DNA from: Podarcis tiliguerta | Taxonomy: Eukaryota | Reading direction: 5' to 3' (one strand) | Assembly (NCBI GenBank): GCA_965153285.1 | Contig: OZ229125.1 | Length of the DNA stretch: 64,000 bases | Part shown: positions 41,861 to 54,056 of the stretch, piece after piece | Position numbering within the stretch: position 1 is the first letter of the stretch | How the letters are laid out: each line of letters opens with the position of its first letter | Position numbers and translations under genes: made by a program | Notes under the pieces: model-generated | The model's database searches: none | What the model was told of the DNA's origin: nothing | Seen by the model: the letters and a program-made list of their open reading frames with translations, nothing else

Positions 41861-44800
41861 TAAAGTGATGTACCTTTATTTTTGTTTATGCAAAGCCATT
41901 TTAAGACAGGGTTTTGGATTCTGATCTGCTGGTCAAGCGCAAGCCACAGTTTATCATCTCAGTGCAGAACTTACACCTAACCATAGTTAAGTAAGTTTAA
42001 CTAAGATTTGGTATGTGTGAAATGCTTTGAAAGTTTATGTAGCTGGTTTGTTATAACTGTAGATAGTCAAAACTAACCACAGTTCAGGTCTGGACAAAAT
42101 GGCAAACTGAGATTAATTAAAGCTGAGATTAATGTGCCTGTTCTCCTTGCATCCATGCTGAAGGAGAAGAGGAGAAGCAGGGAGCATCTGAGCCCAAGGT
42201 TCAGGAATGTAATAATAAAATATTGCTCATTTTTACATCCAGAATAGGAACTATGGCATGAGCTTATAGGCAAAAATCTAAACTGGACAGAGATGGATTG
42301 TTACTGTATTTCAGCTGCTTATATTTATTATTCCGATGAATTAATTGCTACTGTTCAGTTTTAGGAAGGTGTAATGTGGTTTTAATTGAATGCTTTATGA
42401 GCATGGTGATGATTATGTTAAGAATTTATTTTCTAAAAAAGCTTTACATAGAAGGTGAGGGCACAGGGAGTGGGGCATCTGTGCCTTGAAAGGCAGCTTA
42501 CAAATTAATTAAATAAAATATGGTGAGGTTTGTCATGTTTCTATAGAATGAAATCCAATGTAGGATATTTCTGCCAGTTATTTCTACTGGAATGGTTGGC
42601 AGACTTGTGATTCAATCTGTTGCATTGAGGTTGCACATACTGCTATTCCTTGCTCTGGCCCAGCTCTGGATATGTGACATTCATAGTACATATTTACAGG
42701 TGTGAGAAGGCTGGGAGTATTGCTTTGCAAGAGCTTCAACTGGATAAAAAGATAAACACAGTCTAAAGCACAGTTGTTAGGTTGTAAAGCTGTGGTCAGG
42801 GTGTGTCCTTTTAAAACAATGTGCAGTGCTTAGCATCTCTGGCTTCCTTAAAAGAAGCAACTATAAAAATAAAAACGGCTTCCAGCATGAGGAGTACTGA
42901 GAAACTTTCTGTGATGAATGCTGAGCGACATCTTGCTAAGGAGCCTGTAATGGTGATCTCCCTCATTAGAAGTGAAGCATTAGTAGCCACAGTTAAGACA
43001 AAATTATGTTTAATGTTTCCATTGAAACTATGGAACTTTGATTGTGTCACGTGTTGCTTACCACATTTACTATTTGTTGCTTCTGATCATTTTAATATTG
43101 ATTTGGTGTGTGTTTATACTCTGAACAATTGTGAGAGCTGGTTTGAGCCTTTGACTGAATTAAATCTAGTTTTTAATCATTTGAGTATTTTCTAGAGAAT
43201 AAAATATATGGATGCCATTAACAGTATCCTATATGTTTGGAATGAGCTGCCCTAACACAAAGCTTCTGTTAACTGTTACCATTACACTGCGTAGAAAATG
43301 AGCTGTGGAAATAACTGCAAATTCCTAGAAGTCTGCATCATTTGAGATTTTTCTAGCCCTGTAAATAACCTTTACTGCCATTCTAAAGGGAAAGGCCTGC
43401 AGGGAATGGAGAAGTGATGCATTTTTACAAGTAATGTATTTGAATCCCATTCAACTGAATTGACAGTAGCAGCCTGTTACAGAAAAGAAATGTATCGCTA
43501 CAATGCTAACCATTTTTCTGTCTGCTTCAGATGCTTTTTAAAAAAAATAAAATAAAAAGGCTCTATTAATATGGAGAAACTATGGTTACCAGCTTCATAT
43601 GGAGAGTGAAATCAAGCTACTCAAATATCACAGGGTGGAGAGAATAAAGAAGTAGGACATAAAGCTGAAACATGGGAGCAATGAGGAGCAGACAGCTCTG
43701 CCCTGAAGAAAACCACTACTGTTAACATAGAGGTGAACCTTTCTTCTGTACTCAGATACTGAACAGAAACCTGTGAGTCCCTATTGCGTGACCCTGCCAG
43801 ATAGTTCCTTAATTCATTCTGTGTCAGAAACACAGTTTTTGCAGCTTACAGTAAAATAGATACTAGCATTCAGTTACAGTGAGGGTCTGTTTTCGGACTC
43901 CATGACAAACCATAGGTTGTCACGGTGCCTTTTCAGCTGTGGCTCCCTCCTTATGGAATGTTGTCCTCACATGCCTGCTACCATCACTGACTACTTTTAG
44001 GCACTGGATGAAAAATACTTCTTTTCAGCCATCCTTTTTAGCTTTTTGTTTTGTTTTGCTTTGGTTTGAATTTTTGTATTACATTATATTATAAGTCTCT
44101 TTGAGTTTACATTTAAAACAGTGTCTTAACAAGTCCAATAAATAATAATATAAATGCTAACTGTAGTGTAGAACTTGGTTTTAACTGATGGATTTAGTAT
44201 CCAGGCACCATGGTTTAGAGCTCCCTGCCTGTTTTCATTTTCTGTCTTCGCAACACTTCTATATCTTTCTTTCCTGTTCCTATTTTGTAATAGTATTTAG
44301 ATACCAGTGTTCAAGTCAGTTTCCATCAATATAAAGTAATCAAATCAGTAAAAGTACTGTAAGAAGCAAACTGAAGTATGTTACAGTGTTTAAGTGCCAT
44401 TTGAAGGCCCGTCTGGCACCAATAATCTATTGGGCATGGGTACCAGGTGAGTTTTCCTGGCTGTGCCTCTGGCCAGCATGTGAGATTTCCACCCTGAGAA
44501 GCTACAGCGACTTGGTTTACCATGTAGGGCAGTGGTTAGTGCCTCACGACACCAAGTGAGGTTAAACAGCCCAGTTGCATTATCACTGATAATTAAGTGT
44601 TTAGAGAGCATGCTTGTAAGCATTTGGAAGAACTGATCTTAGCAGCTATGAAATGGTTTGCGTTACAGTGCGAACATGGATCCGTGTTTGAGCTGGCAAG
44701 CTCTAGTGTGGAGCTTGAAGCCTTTCCTTTGCATTGCCTTGGTGTCTGATGACAGCCCACTTTGGAACCCAAACTGCTAGCTGATCCCTTTCTCCTTTGC

Positions 44801-45294
44801 TTGTGAATGGAGATAGCAAGAGAGTTGGAGATAAAATCAGTGAGAAAGACTATCAAGAGTCAAGCAAATTAGTTCTAGCATGCTAGTCCTGGCAAGAATG
44901 CATACAAAGTGTCAAGATAATGGGTTCATAACATTATCTAAATGCTTCCTGTGTTATCTAAACACTTTTCTGCATTGTGAATTTGTTATCTCAACACTCT
45001 GGATGCTAGTGAAGAAACAGGCTAATTTATATTCATAGGGAGGATCTTGGTGTTTGAATCTTATGGCTTCTGAAAGTTCTCGTACAGTTGCAGAATTTAT
45101 TTGTAGGGTTGCAATTGATTACCTGGTCTGTTGGTTTTTTAGCTGGTGGGTTAGCATGTACAAATGGGTCCTTCCTTGATAGAAGATGAATTTAATCACT
45201 GGTACTACCACACTACTGGAGGGAGGGTGTGGGGCATTGTCACTTAAGATTTTTATTTATGAGTAGGGGAAAGAAAAGCAGTAAGCAAAAGGAG

Positions 45295-45825
45295 GAACTG
45301 TAGCTCTGTAGCACACTGCATAGTTCAATCCCTGGCACCTTAGAAAAGAAAAGAAAAGGATCAAGTACCAGGTGATTGGATAAATCTCTGCCAGAGACTC
45401 TAGAGTGCTGCTGCTAGTTAGGCTAGATCAGTGCAGTTCAACTTTTCATACCAAATGGGCCGCCGGAGTACTTTGACATGGAACTAGTGGGCTGCACACT
45501 GTCTTGTTGTCAGGGCGAGCGGGATGGGGGGTGGGGAAAGAGTGAGGAGCAAGGCCAAAACTTGACCCCTTTCTCTCCCCCCCCCCCGCCCTCACACTAC
45601 CTTCCCAGAGCTGCTTCAGCAAGGTGCTGGGCTTTGGAAAGGAGGCGTGAGAGCTCTAGGAACCTGCCAGAGCCCTCACACCTCCTTACCAAAGCCAGGC
45701 TGTGCAAGGACTGGGCAGGGTGTCAAACATTGCTGAGGGCTGCCCAAAAAGGCCTTGAGGGCCAAACGCTGGATCACCCTGGGGTAGGTGGACTGATAGC
45801 CTGCCTAGTATAAGGCAACTTTCCT
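45295..45825 (+). mobile_element. Degenerate Squam3-like SINE interrupted by a hAT-like MITE
   Basis: Head tgtagctc...gttcaatccctggcac and body gagtgctgctgctagt lie before 45429. The tail ggactgatagcctg...tataaggcaactt resumes after 45789. Confidence 0.55.
45429..45781. mobile_element. hAT-like MITE
   Basis: Degenerate TIRs cagtgcagttcaac...gctggatcaccctg. 8-bp flanks ggctagat and gggtaggt match 6/8. The subterminal ggccttgagggcca is shared with the 59607 element. Confidence 0.55.
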
Positions 45826-46964
45826 GCATTGCTTATGAGAAAGATGGGTATATATGGTCAACCATTTATAAGTAAGTCCTAAATTGCAGTTGAAGAAGGG
45901 TCTGGTATTTGCAAAAGGGTTTCTGGTGTGTTTTTAAATCCTGCAGAATATTCTGTATTCTGGAACATGTAATTCATGCATCTGAAGGAGAATGTTGTTT
46001 TTTATCTACTCATTCCCATTTCTTTTAAATAGTCTAAATACTGGGGTAGGAGAACTGAATATGAGTAAGCTGCAAGGCACAGGGTTATCCTCAAGAAGAA
46101 CTTTATTTAATGTATGCTTTTAATGTTGTCCATAGCAAACACTCATGGAATATTGGTGTGCTCGGACTGCTGTGTCTAGTGATCCTGTTTGCACCTCATA
46201 TTTACAAAGGCGAGCATTCAGGGGCTATGAGCCATCTTAGTTTACCTTCTGGAGTTTTTCCTCCTAAAACAAGAAATCATCACAGTTAAATCATGTGCAT
46301 GAAATTGTCTTGCCAGTTTTCCCTGCTTGTTTTCCAGCCTTGTAAGCTCTAGTCTGGAAAAGTGCCTGCCAGTATAAATGAGTCTTTTTAAGGTGCCAGG
46401 GGACTCTTTGTGTTGTTTCACCTGTGTAATTGTTTTGGTAAGAACATCTTCATAACATCTGAAGGATAATGTAGAGAAAGCACTGGAATGCTCTTCTATA
46501 AATACACAAATTTGAATACAAGAGTAGAACATGATTGGAGACATCTATCAGATAGCACAATCTGTTTTCTTTAAGCTGAGATAAAAATAGCTTTTGAAAA
46601 GGAGTGTTAATGTCGGGAAGAAAGGGCTATTCTGATTTGAATATATATGTTCTTTAGCGGAGGTCTCCTCGCGCTAGAAATCCTAAAAGTGGGAAACATC
46701 AAAGTATATTTTAAAGCCTTAGCTGCACATGCTTTTTCTTCTTGAACCCTGGAGATTGAGAATCGGTGCAGCAGTCAGAACGCCACCCCCTGTCTCCTGC
46801 CAGCTGTATTATTTATTAAAAGTAGCGTAAGGTTCTAAATGGTACAGCAAGGTGCATATCTGGTGAAATGGATTTGCAGAAGCTTTCCAAATGAAGACAT
46901 TATCCAGGATCCTCATTTGAACATAGAGGGATGTCTTTCCAAGCTGTGCTGCTTGAGAAACTTG

Positions 46965-47012
46965 AGGTGAGGCTTGGGGTCCCTTCCAACGCTACAATTC
47001 CATGATTCTATG
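46965..47012 (+). mobile_element. CR1 3'-terminal fragment
   Basis: gggtcccttccaacgctacaattccatgattctatg, with the ATTCTRTG-type terminal repeat. Confidence 0.65.
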
Positions 47013-47557
47013 TTGTGGAATAAAGCCATTCCATAAGAATTTCAGAATTGTTACTGCTGTGCTTATGACTGAGGAATAATTCAAAATTGCTTATTCGTCA
47101 CGGAACAGACAGAGTAATGGGTCAAGTCTGCTTTAAAAAATAAAAATAAAAATAAAATCTTAAATTGTGATGTTGCAGCTTTTGAGTTTCTCCTTCCAGC
47201 CCTGTGACATTATCTTTTTTGAGGGTGAGTGAGTGATGTTTCACTTTGAGAGTAATAATATCTTACAGTTTGATATGGCTGTACAAGTCTATATACACTG
47301 ACACAACATTTTATTTTATTTAAAAAGACTGAACACTGGTATGTTGATAAAGTGTGTCGCTGAAGAATGTAATCAAAAAGATATGGAACAGGGTGGGGTC
47401 CCTTGATCGGCATTGTTTAAAGTTTAAACTTGGAATAGGGAGTCTGGCCCAGTTTGGATGCTCGGAGCTCAATTCAGTTTTTGCCTGCCCATGCAGCCAA
47501 ACCAGAAAGTTTCTAATAAACCATATTTTTCTGATTTGTCTGAACTATAGTTGCCAG

Positions 47558-47558
<1 letters not shown>

Positions 47559-47594
<36 letters not shown>
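47559..47594. repeat. (TG)18 microsatellite
   Basis: Read directly from the sequence. Confidence 0.95.
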
Positions 47595-47595
<1 letters not shown>

Positions 47596-48574
47596 AGAAC
47601 AGCATGTTAAGCATGTTTAATATCCTGGCCTCTTCAGCCGTTCATAACTATAGTTTCCCAGGTTGGGCAAAATGGGAAACTATGGTTAATTCGAAGCTTC
47701 ATGGTTTGATAGTTTGATGAGCAAAGGAGCTGCATGTGCAGGGAAATGGCGTATGTGTATCTCAGTTTATTAAGTCCAGATATGATCATCTGATTCAGCC
47801 AGTGTGTCCTCATCTTTATTTCCATGCTAAGCACTGCAAGGGAGCCCTCTGGAGGAAGGCCAGGGGAGCTGCCACTGTAACATATGATTGGCTCATCAAA
47901 TAAATTCTAGTTGAGGCAATGTGTGTTGAAACCAACCGCAGACATGCTGCAGCTATTCATAAGCAGGTTACTACTGGAGGTGCATACACCTTGAAGTGGA
48001 ACACACACCTTTCCACTTCCTTGTCTGTCATTCATACATTTCTAAGCTACACTGAATGTGCTTCTGAATGAATCTTACAGGATATTTTATGTAGTTTAAC
48101 TTTTCATTGTGTGAATTCAGCCCTGAGGCTGGCTTTTACCACGATGCCCATGCAAAATAACTTTCTTTGCCTGTATCTGTTTAAAACACTTATCTCACCT
48201 AAAAGACCCACAAAGTGGCTTACAGCAACCATTAAAACACAACTTTGCATAAATACAAAGCAGAAGCATAACACCACTGCAACAGAGATAGATAAAACCT
48301 ATCAGAGTAGCAGGTGTAAATTTCTGAGCAAAATTCCTGGTGAAGATATGTTGTTGGTGGTGATGATGATTTTCACAATTCACCTGAAGGTCAGCAAAAT
48401 GGAGCCAGGCGAGTCTCTCTAGGGAAGGATTTTCAAAAACATAGTGCGCTCTGAGTATTCTCTGTTCTTGCCCCATCTCTCTTTGGTATATTCTTCTCCC
48501 TGTAGCTCTCTAATGCCTTCAGTATGACTGAAGACAGTGTATACTTCCACTCAAGGAGCAATGGGTTTCTGTTC

Positions 48575-49605
48575 TGTTCCACACATCAGCATTGATTGAG
48601 CACGTGCTTGAGGTGGTAGACAATTTTGTGTACTTGGGCTCCACCATAACTAGCAACCTTTCCATTGACACTGAGCTAGATAAGCATATAGGCAAGGCAG
48701 CTATCACCAATACAAAGATGAAGCTCTGCTGAGGCTGCTGCTTTATGGAAGTGAGTTGTGGGCAACTTACACCTGCTAGGAGTCACACCTTTCATACCAC
48801 TGTACCTTGGTACTCAAACAACTTGGAACCCAAACACTGCAAACCCGGAAGTAAGTGTTCCACTTTGCGAACTTTTTTCAGAAGTCGAAGGTGCTCCATT
48901 CTGAGTGTTACGCTTCTGATTTGAGTGTTACACTTCGGTTTTGAGTGCCACACTTCTGTTTTGAGTGTTACGCTGAGGTCTGTCTGTTTTTGCTATTTAT
49001 TTTGAGTTTTTGTTTTTGCAGTTCTTTTTGTTTTGTTTTTGTGACTGTGTGGAACCCAGTTCAGCTACTGATTGATTGATTGATTGTGTGTGTGACTGCA
49101 GTACATTGTTTATTGTTTTCGTTTTATCAATGGTCTCGTTAGATAGTAAAACTCATGTTAAATCACTGGTTTAGGGGTTGCTTTTAAAAGTCTGGAACGG
49201 TTTAATCCATTTTGCATTCCTTTCTATGAGAAAGTGTGCCTTGGTTTTTGAATGCTTTGGTTTTGGAACAGACTTCCGGAACGGATTAAGTTTGAGAAGG
49301 AAGGTACCACTGTACGTGCTGTGTCAGGAAGATTTTGGGCATCACATGGCCGAATAGAGTCTCAAACAGAAATTTGCTCATCCAAGCCCACATTTCCAGT
49401 AGGTTTGCAGTTCTGTCTCAGTGGCCTATGCTGGCTTGGTCATGTATGCAGAAAGGAAGATAGCAGGATCCCAAGGGTGTGCTTTACGGAGAGCTAGCTT
49501 CAAGCACCAGGCCTGTTGGCAGACCAGCTCTGTGTTATAAAGTTATCTGCAAACGTGGCATGAAAATGGGAAACATTAGCCCCACCATGTGGGAATCCCT
49601 GCAAC
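48575..49605 (+). mobile_element. RTE-clade LINE 3' fragment, decayed and split by a MITE
   Basis: Translates across frameshifts to LEVVDNFVYLGSTITSNLSIDTELDKHIGKAA...LLYGSELW, then RKILGITW...WLGHVCRKEDSRIP...LYGEL...RPVGRP, typical of the RTE ORF C-terminus. Confidence 0.8.
48797..49312. mobile_element. Tc1/mariner (Tigger-like) MITE nested in an RTE LINE, with an internal 20-bp tandem array
   Basis: Right end AAGGTACCACTG|TA, degenerate left end TA|CCACTGTACCTTGG, and ~3.7 copies of ttgagtgttacacttctgtt at 48901-48973. Confidence 0.8.
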
Positions 49606-49825
49606 CTTCCAACAGTTTGACTTCACCTCTGATGGCACACTCCTTTCTGAGTGTTGTAGGTCTCCAGGAACATAAAGTGTTATACTTCATATGCTTTCAG
49701 TTTTAGGGTGGATTTAGATGTTATAAATAACATCCAAACAGAAAGTGGATGTGTGGAGTCACACCCACTTCTATTGTTTTGATTCTTCTGATAAGGGAAC
49801 TTCCACATCTTGAGCCTCAGTATTT

Positions 49826-50250
49826 TCTCATGAGAAAAACTTGGCCTCATCCACATTCTGTGCACTAGGCATGCTCGTACACCTCTCCCGTCCCTCCTTC
49901 TCAACTTTCCCCCCACCCCAATGCCTTAACTTTCTCTTGTAGGGGAGTTGTTCCAGCCCTGTGGTCATTTTGTTTGCCCTGTTCTGAACTTTTTCTAGCT
50001 CAACAAAATCTTTCTTTGAGGTGAGGCAACTAGAGCTGTACACAGTATTTTTTACAGCTGCTGCATCACTCACCATTTCACACTCCATTAGAGTATATCT
50101 GAAATAAGGTTGGTGGTTTTTTTTTGTTTGTTTTACGTCAGTCTGCATCACTTCCACTTGCTTGCATTGAATTGCATTTGCCAATTTGCTGCCCACTCAC
50201 CCATTTTGGAGAAATCCCTTTGGATCTCTTCACAACCCCCACCCTCACCC
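49826..50250 (-). mobile_element. Decayed CR1 LINE fragment
   Basis: Track ORF 49828..50196 contains GSKLANAIQCKQV and KKDFVELEKVQNRANKMTTGLEQLPY. Confidence 0.75.
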
Positions 50251-50717
50251 AGTGTTCTAATCATTGCAAACCTGGCTACCTCACTTCCCACCCTAACTCT
50301 AGAAAATTTATGTACAAGTTAAAAGCAGAAATGCAATCTGATTCTTTTATAAATAATGGTTGTCCACAAAATAGCACTGGAGACTATCTGTCTTTTTATT
50401 TATCTCTGTTGGAGTAATGATAGTATGATGCCTTTAGAGTTCTGTAATCAGAGTATAGGAGGGCAGGTTGGCAATCACTCTGGGCTCCAATGGATTTGAC
50501 AGTATTTCTTTATCTCGCAAGCTTAAGAACTGTTGACATAAACAATGAACAAAGCAAACAATTCACAATATCAAAATCAAACCACTGCTGGTTATTTGAC
50601 AGCATTAGATTTATTGAATCAGGAAACTAATGTCAGTTAATGGTTGCTAGATGAATAGCAGTTTCTGTCAAAACTCTTTGTCTGCCCATGCCCCCCCCCC
50701 CAGCATTCTCATCTTTG

Positions 50718-50770
50718 TCCTTCCTTCCTTCCTTCCTTCCTTCCTTCCTTCCTTCCTTCCTTCCTTCCTT
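50718..50770. repeat. (TTCC)n microsatellite within a long pyrimidine tract
   Basis: Read directly from the sequence. Confidence 0.95.
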
Positions 50771-52659
50771 TTCTTTCTCTCCTCCCTCAGGTCTCTTTTC
50801 AGATTCTTCTCCACTCTGCTACTTTTGTCAGCCTTTCTTTCTCCACTCCTTCCCTCTTTGACATGCCTGTCTCTTTTCTCCCTGACCCCCATCTCTCCCC
50901 TTTTGCGCAGCTTGCATACCGAGGCTCTAGAAAAGAGGCAAAGCAAAAATGTAACAGACTCTTTATATAGGTTGCATTGTACCTTACACACATACAGGTC
51001 AGCTGCCAGGGAAAGGCTCTAATCTGCTACTTCACGTGGCAGGCAGCAGCAGCACCTCCTCACAAACTGACCTGCTGGGGACCCGGCAGAGGGTCCCATC
51101 CTTCCTCAAAGTGGATCTCCTTTTCCAGAATAGCTGCAGCTTTGTAGCTTGCTCTCTGAAGAATGTCCCTTCAGATTTGCTTGAGAGAAGGAGACCATCA
51201 GCCTTTCACAGAGGCAGAGTTCAGGCTTCCTTCACAACAAAGTGAACAGGCCTGCAACTATGGGCTTCAGTTCCTCCTCCTACAGTTCTGTACTGTTTCC
51301 TGCCAGTGGATTTGCACCAGAGGTAAACAAGCCTTCAGGCTCCTGTTTGATATACCAGGCATGTGAGTATCAGGCTACAAATAATTCAGTGTCACTGAAC
51401 TTCCAGCTCGATGGGGCTTTGTTTTTAGTATTGTAAACTCCATTCATTGGAATAATACAGTATAAAAACACCAGGGATAGTAAAGCTCAGTAGAACTTAA
51501 TTATTGTTTGGCTGCAATATCTGAACTGGGTCATATTGAAAGTAGGCATCACTAACTAAACTTTACCATTGTCCAGTCGTAAGTCATAAATACACTATGC
51601 TTGCAGTTCTGAGACATTAAACCATTCAACATTCTTTTGGGTAGGTCAAAAAAGATTGGCCTGGTCAAAAAGACTTTTTGAGCAAATCTTTCCTCCTTTA
51701 GTGATAGGATAATGTGTGGAAGCTTTAGTTTTACAATAAGGGTCGGCTGGTTAAACGGCTGCAGTGATTTGAAGAGTGGTCCACTAAATTATCCCAGTTG
51801 TTTGTTTTCTTTCATTCAAGCGTACTTGTGGGTTGGCTTGGGCAGTGCTTTTCTCTTAGAGCTGGGCTCTGTGCCAAAGGAAGCAACAAGGATCAAAGGC
51901 ATGGTCATGAGTGATTCAACAGAAATCAGCTGATCCCAACTCTCTTTCACTTTGGGAAACTTTGCCCAGAAGCAACTTTTCTTTACAACTGAGCAATGCC
52001 ACACTTCCCCTTTAGCTAAGAGTGCAGGGAACCCGCTCTTCTGCGATTCTCAGAGGCCGAGTTGTGAGGCAGCGCCATCTCCTCTTCACCTGCATATAAA
52101 GCCAGTTATGTTGCCTTCTGGGAAACGCTGGGGTGTCCTAGTGTTTCCCTCACACTGCCTTTATTCACTTGGCAGCCATTGTATGGAAGACCCAGGAGTA
52201 TCGTCTTCTCTTTGGGCACTAAGCAGTTTCAATGGGAGCTAAAATAAAGTAGAAGAGGGCTAGCTACTGAGTTATGAATAACATCTAAAATATCTAAAAT
52301 ACCCAGTATGGCAAAGGTATCTTTGAGTTTTCTAGTGACTGTTGGGATTGTTCAGCAGTTGTTGGCTGAACAATAAAGAAATGATCAGAGCTGCATGTTC
52401 TAGGTACCTGGCTCTGGGTGCTCGACAGCCCAACAAGCATCTTGCCCCTCCAGCCAGTAGTGAAGCAGACAAAATCTGGTGCCTTAGCATATGCTATCAA
52501 CACTGTCGCTTTGGTACCAGAGCAGCCCTGTTTCCGTTCAACAACTAAGTTGAAGAGATTGTTCTGAAAACTACTATTGTTGCTGTAAGTTAATGAAATG
52601 CATGCTTCATAGCCAGGGTTGAGCTGACCGTGCTCTTAGAAGAGAGAGAGAGAGCAAGA

Positions 52660-52900
52660 TCAGAAGAATCTTTATTTGCATTAGCCACTAGCCATAGCAA
52701 TAAAATTAAATGTACTGAAGATAGAGGTAAAAACTTAACTTAACTATACAAAATACATTTTGGAGGTTTACATCAATAATCAACTAATAGATCTTATTCT
52801 GATTGCCCTCGCTAAAAACCTTGCAGTTTTTGCTGTCACCCGATCATCTTGATCTGCTAGAAGAAAGGAAGTTAGAAGTTAACTCAACTCTTTAAAAATG
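52660..52900 (-). mobile_element. LINE 3' end, RTE-X-like
   Basis: The reverse strand encodes SFLLADQDDRVTAKTARFLARAIRIRS*, followed by a short UTR ending gctatggctagtggctaatgcaaataaa. Confidence 0.45.
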
Positions 52901-53325
52901 CACTTATTTTAATGGGGCACGAGCTCCCTGTTTTGCAACTTGCCTTTTTTGTGAAGGGATTTGATTGTGGTTAAGGCAGTAAAACCTTGTTCATGTTCTT
53001 TATTGTGATTTGTTTTGAGGCATGAGCTTTAGTTTGCAGCAGCTCCATCTCTCATGTGAAGTCTTGTGAAGACTGAATGTATGATGTCTTGATCAGCATA
53101 CAGGCTCCTTTTCGCTACATGCTTCTCTGCTTTTTCAGCAGGGAAGGGCTTGATGTTTCTGCCACTTACGTTGGAGATGAAAGTGTGTTCACACCCATGC
53201 AAGCACCATGTGTTGTAGTTTCTGTTCCAGCAAGATCCATAGAATCTCTGTTGCCATTCTCTGAAGCATTGATCCCAGGATTAAACGACCTTTTGTCACG
53301 TTTCCCTCTTCTCTCTTCCTTTCAG

Positions 53326-53471
53326 TGAGCATTTGTCCTGCGCCTTCACATTCTTCCTTCATGGGGAGTGCAATGTGTGTACAAGTGTGGAGATCGTTCA
53401 GCACCAACCAATATATCTGATCAGCGAGGAGCATCTCCACATGGCTCAGTCTTCCCCTATGCCATTCCAAG
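53326..53471 (+). CDS. MED13L: MED13L coding exon (~exon 5), 146 nt, phase 2-1: [48 protein letters not shown](V)
   Basis: Long polypyrimidine tract tttccctcttctctcttcctttcag|, donor aag|gtaggt. Absent from the ORF track but translates to the recognisable MED13L segment. Confidence 0.96.
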
Positions 53472-53676
53472 GTAGGTGTCCTATGTGCGTGACTTCTTGT
53501 CATCTGGAGTAACTTTTTTCAAATACGTTTTACTAAATTTTCAAAAAAATAATAATCACATAGACATTCCAATACATAATATTTTTTCTTTTGTTTTATT
53601 GACTTCCCATTCCATTTTCCATGGTGTTTTTCTCTCTCCCCCTTGCTGCACCCCATCTCCCCGCTCTTATATCATT

Positions 53677-54056
53677 GGACATGGGTGGCCCTGTGGTCTA
53701 AACCACTGAGCCTGTTGGGCTTGCCGATCAGAAGGTCGGCGGTTTGAATCCCCGTGACGGGGTGAGCTCCCATTGCTCTGTCCCAGCTCTTGCCAACCTA
53801 GCAGTTCGAAAGCACACCAGTGCAAGTAGATAAATAGGTACCACTGCGGCAGGAAGGTAAACGGCATTTTCGTGTGCTCTGGTTTCTGTCATGGTGCTCA
53901 GTTGCACCAGAAGTGGTTTAGTCATGCTGGCCACATGACCCGGAAAGCTGTCTGTGGACAAACGTCGGCTCCGTTGGCCTGAAAGCGAGATGAGCGTCAC
54001 AACCCCATAGTCACTTTTGACTGGACTCAACTGTCCAAGGGTCCTTTACCTTTTAC
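53677..54056 (+). mobile_element. Sauria SINE (Squam1), full length
   Basis: Same head, core and tail as the other copies. TSD cttatatca at 53666-53674 and 54057-54065. Confidence 0.9.

Noticed and set aside
48901-48973. 20-bp periodic repeat resembling a CRISPR or iteron array
   Set aside because: The units are head-to-tail with no unique spacers, lie inside a eukaryotic MITE, and have no cas genes nearby.
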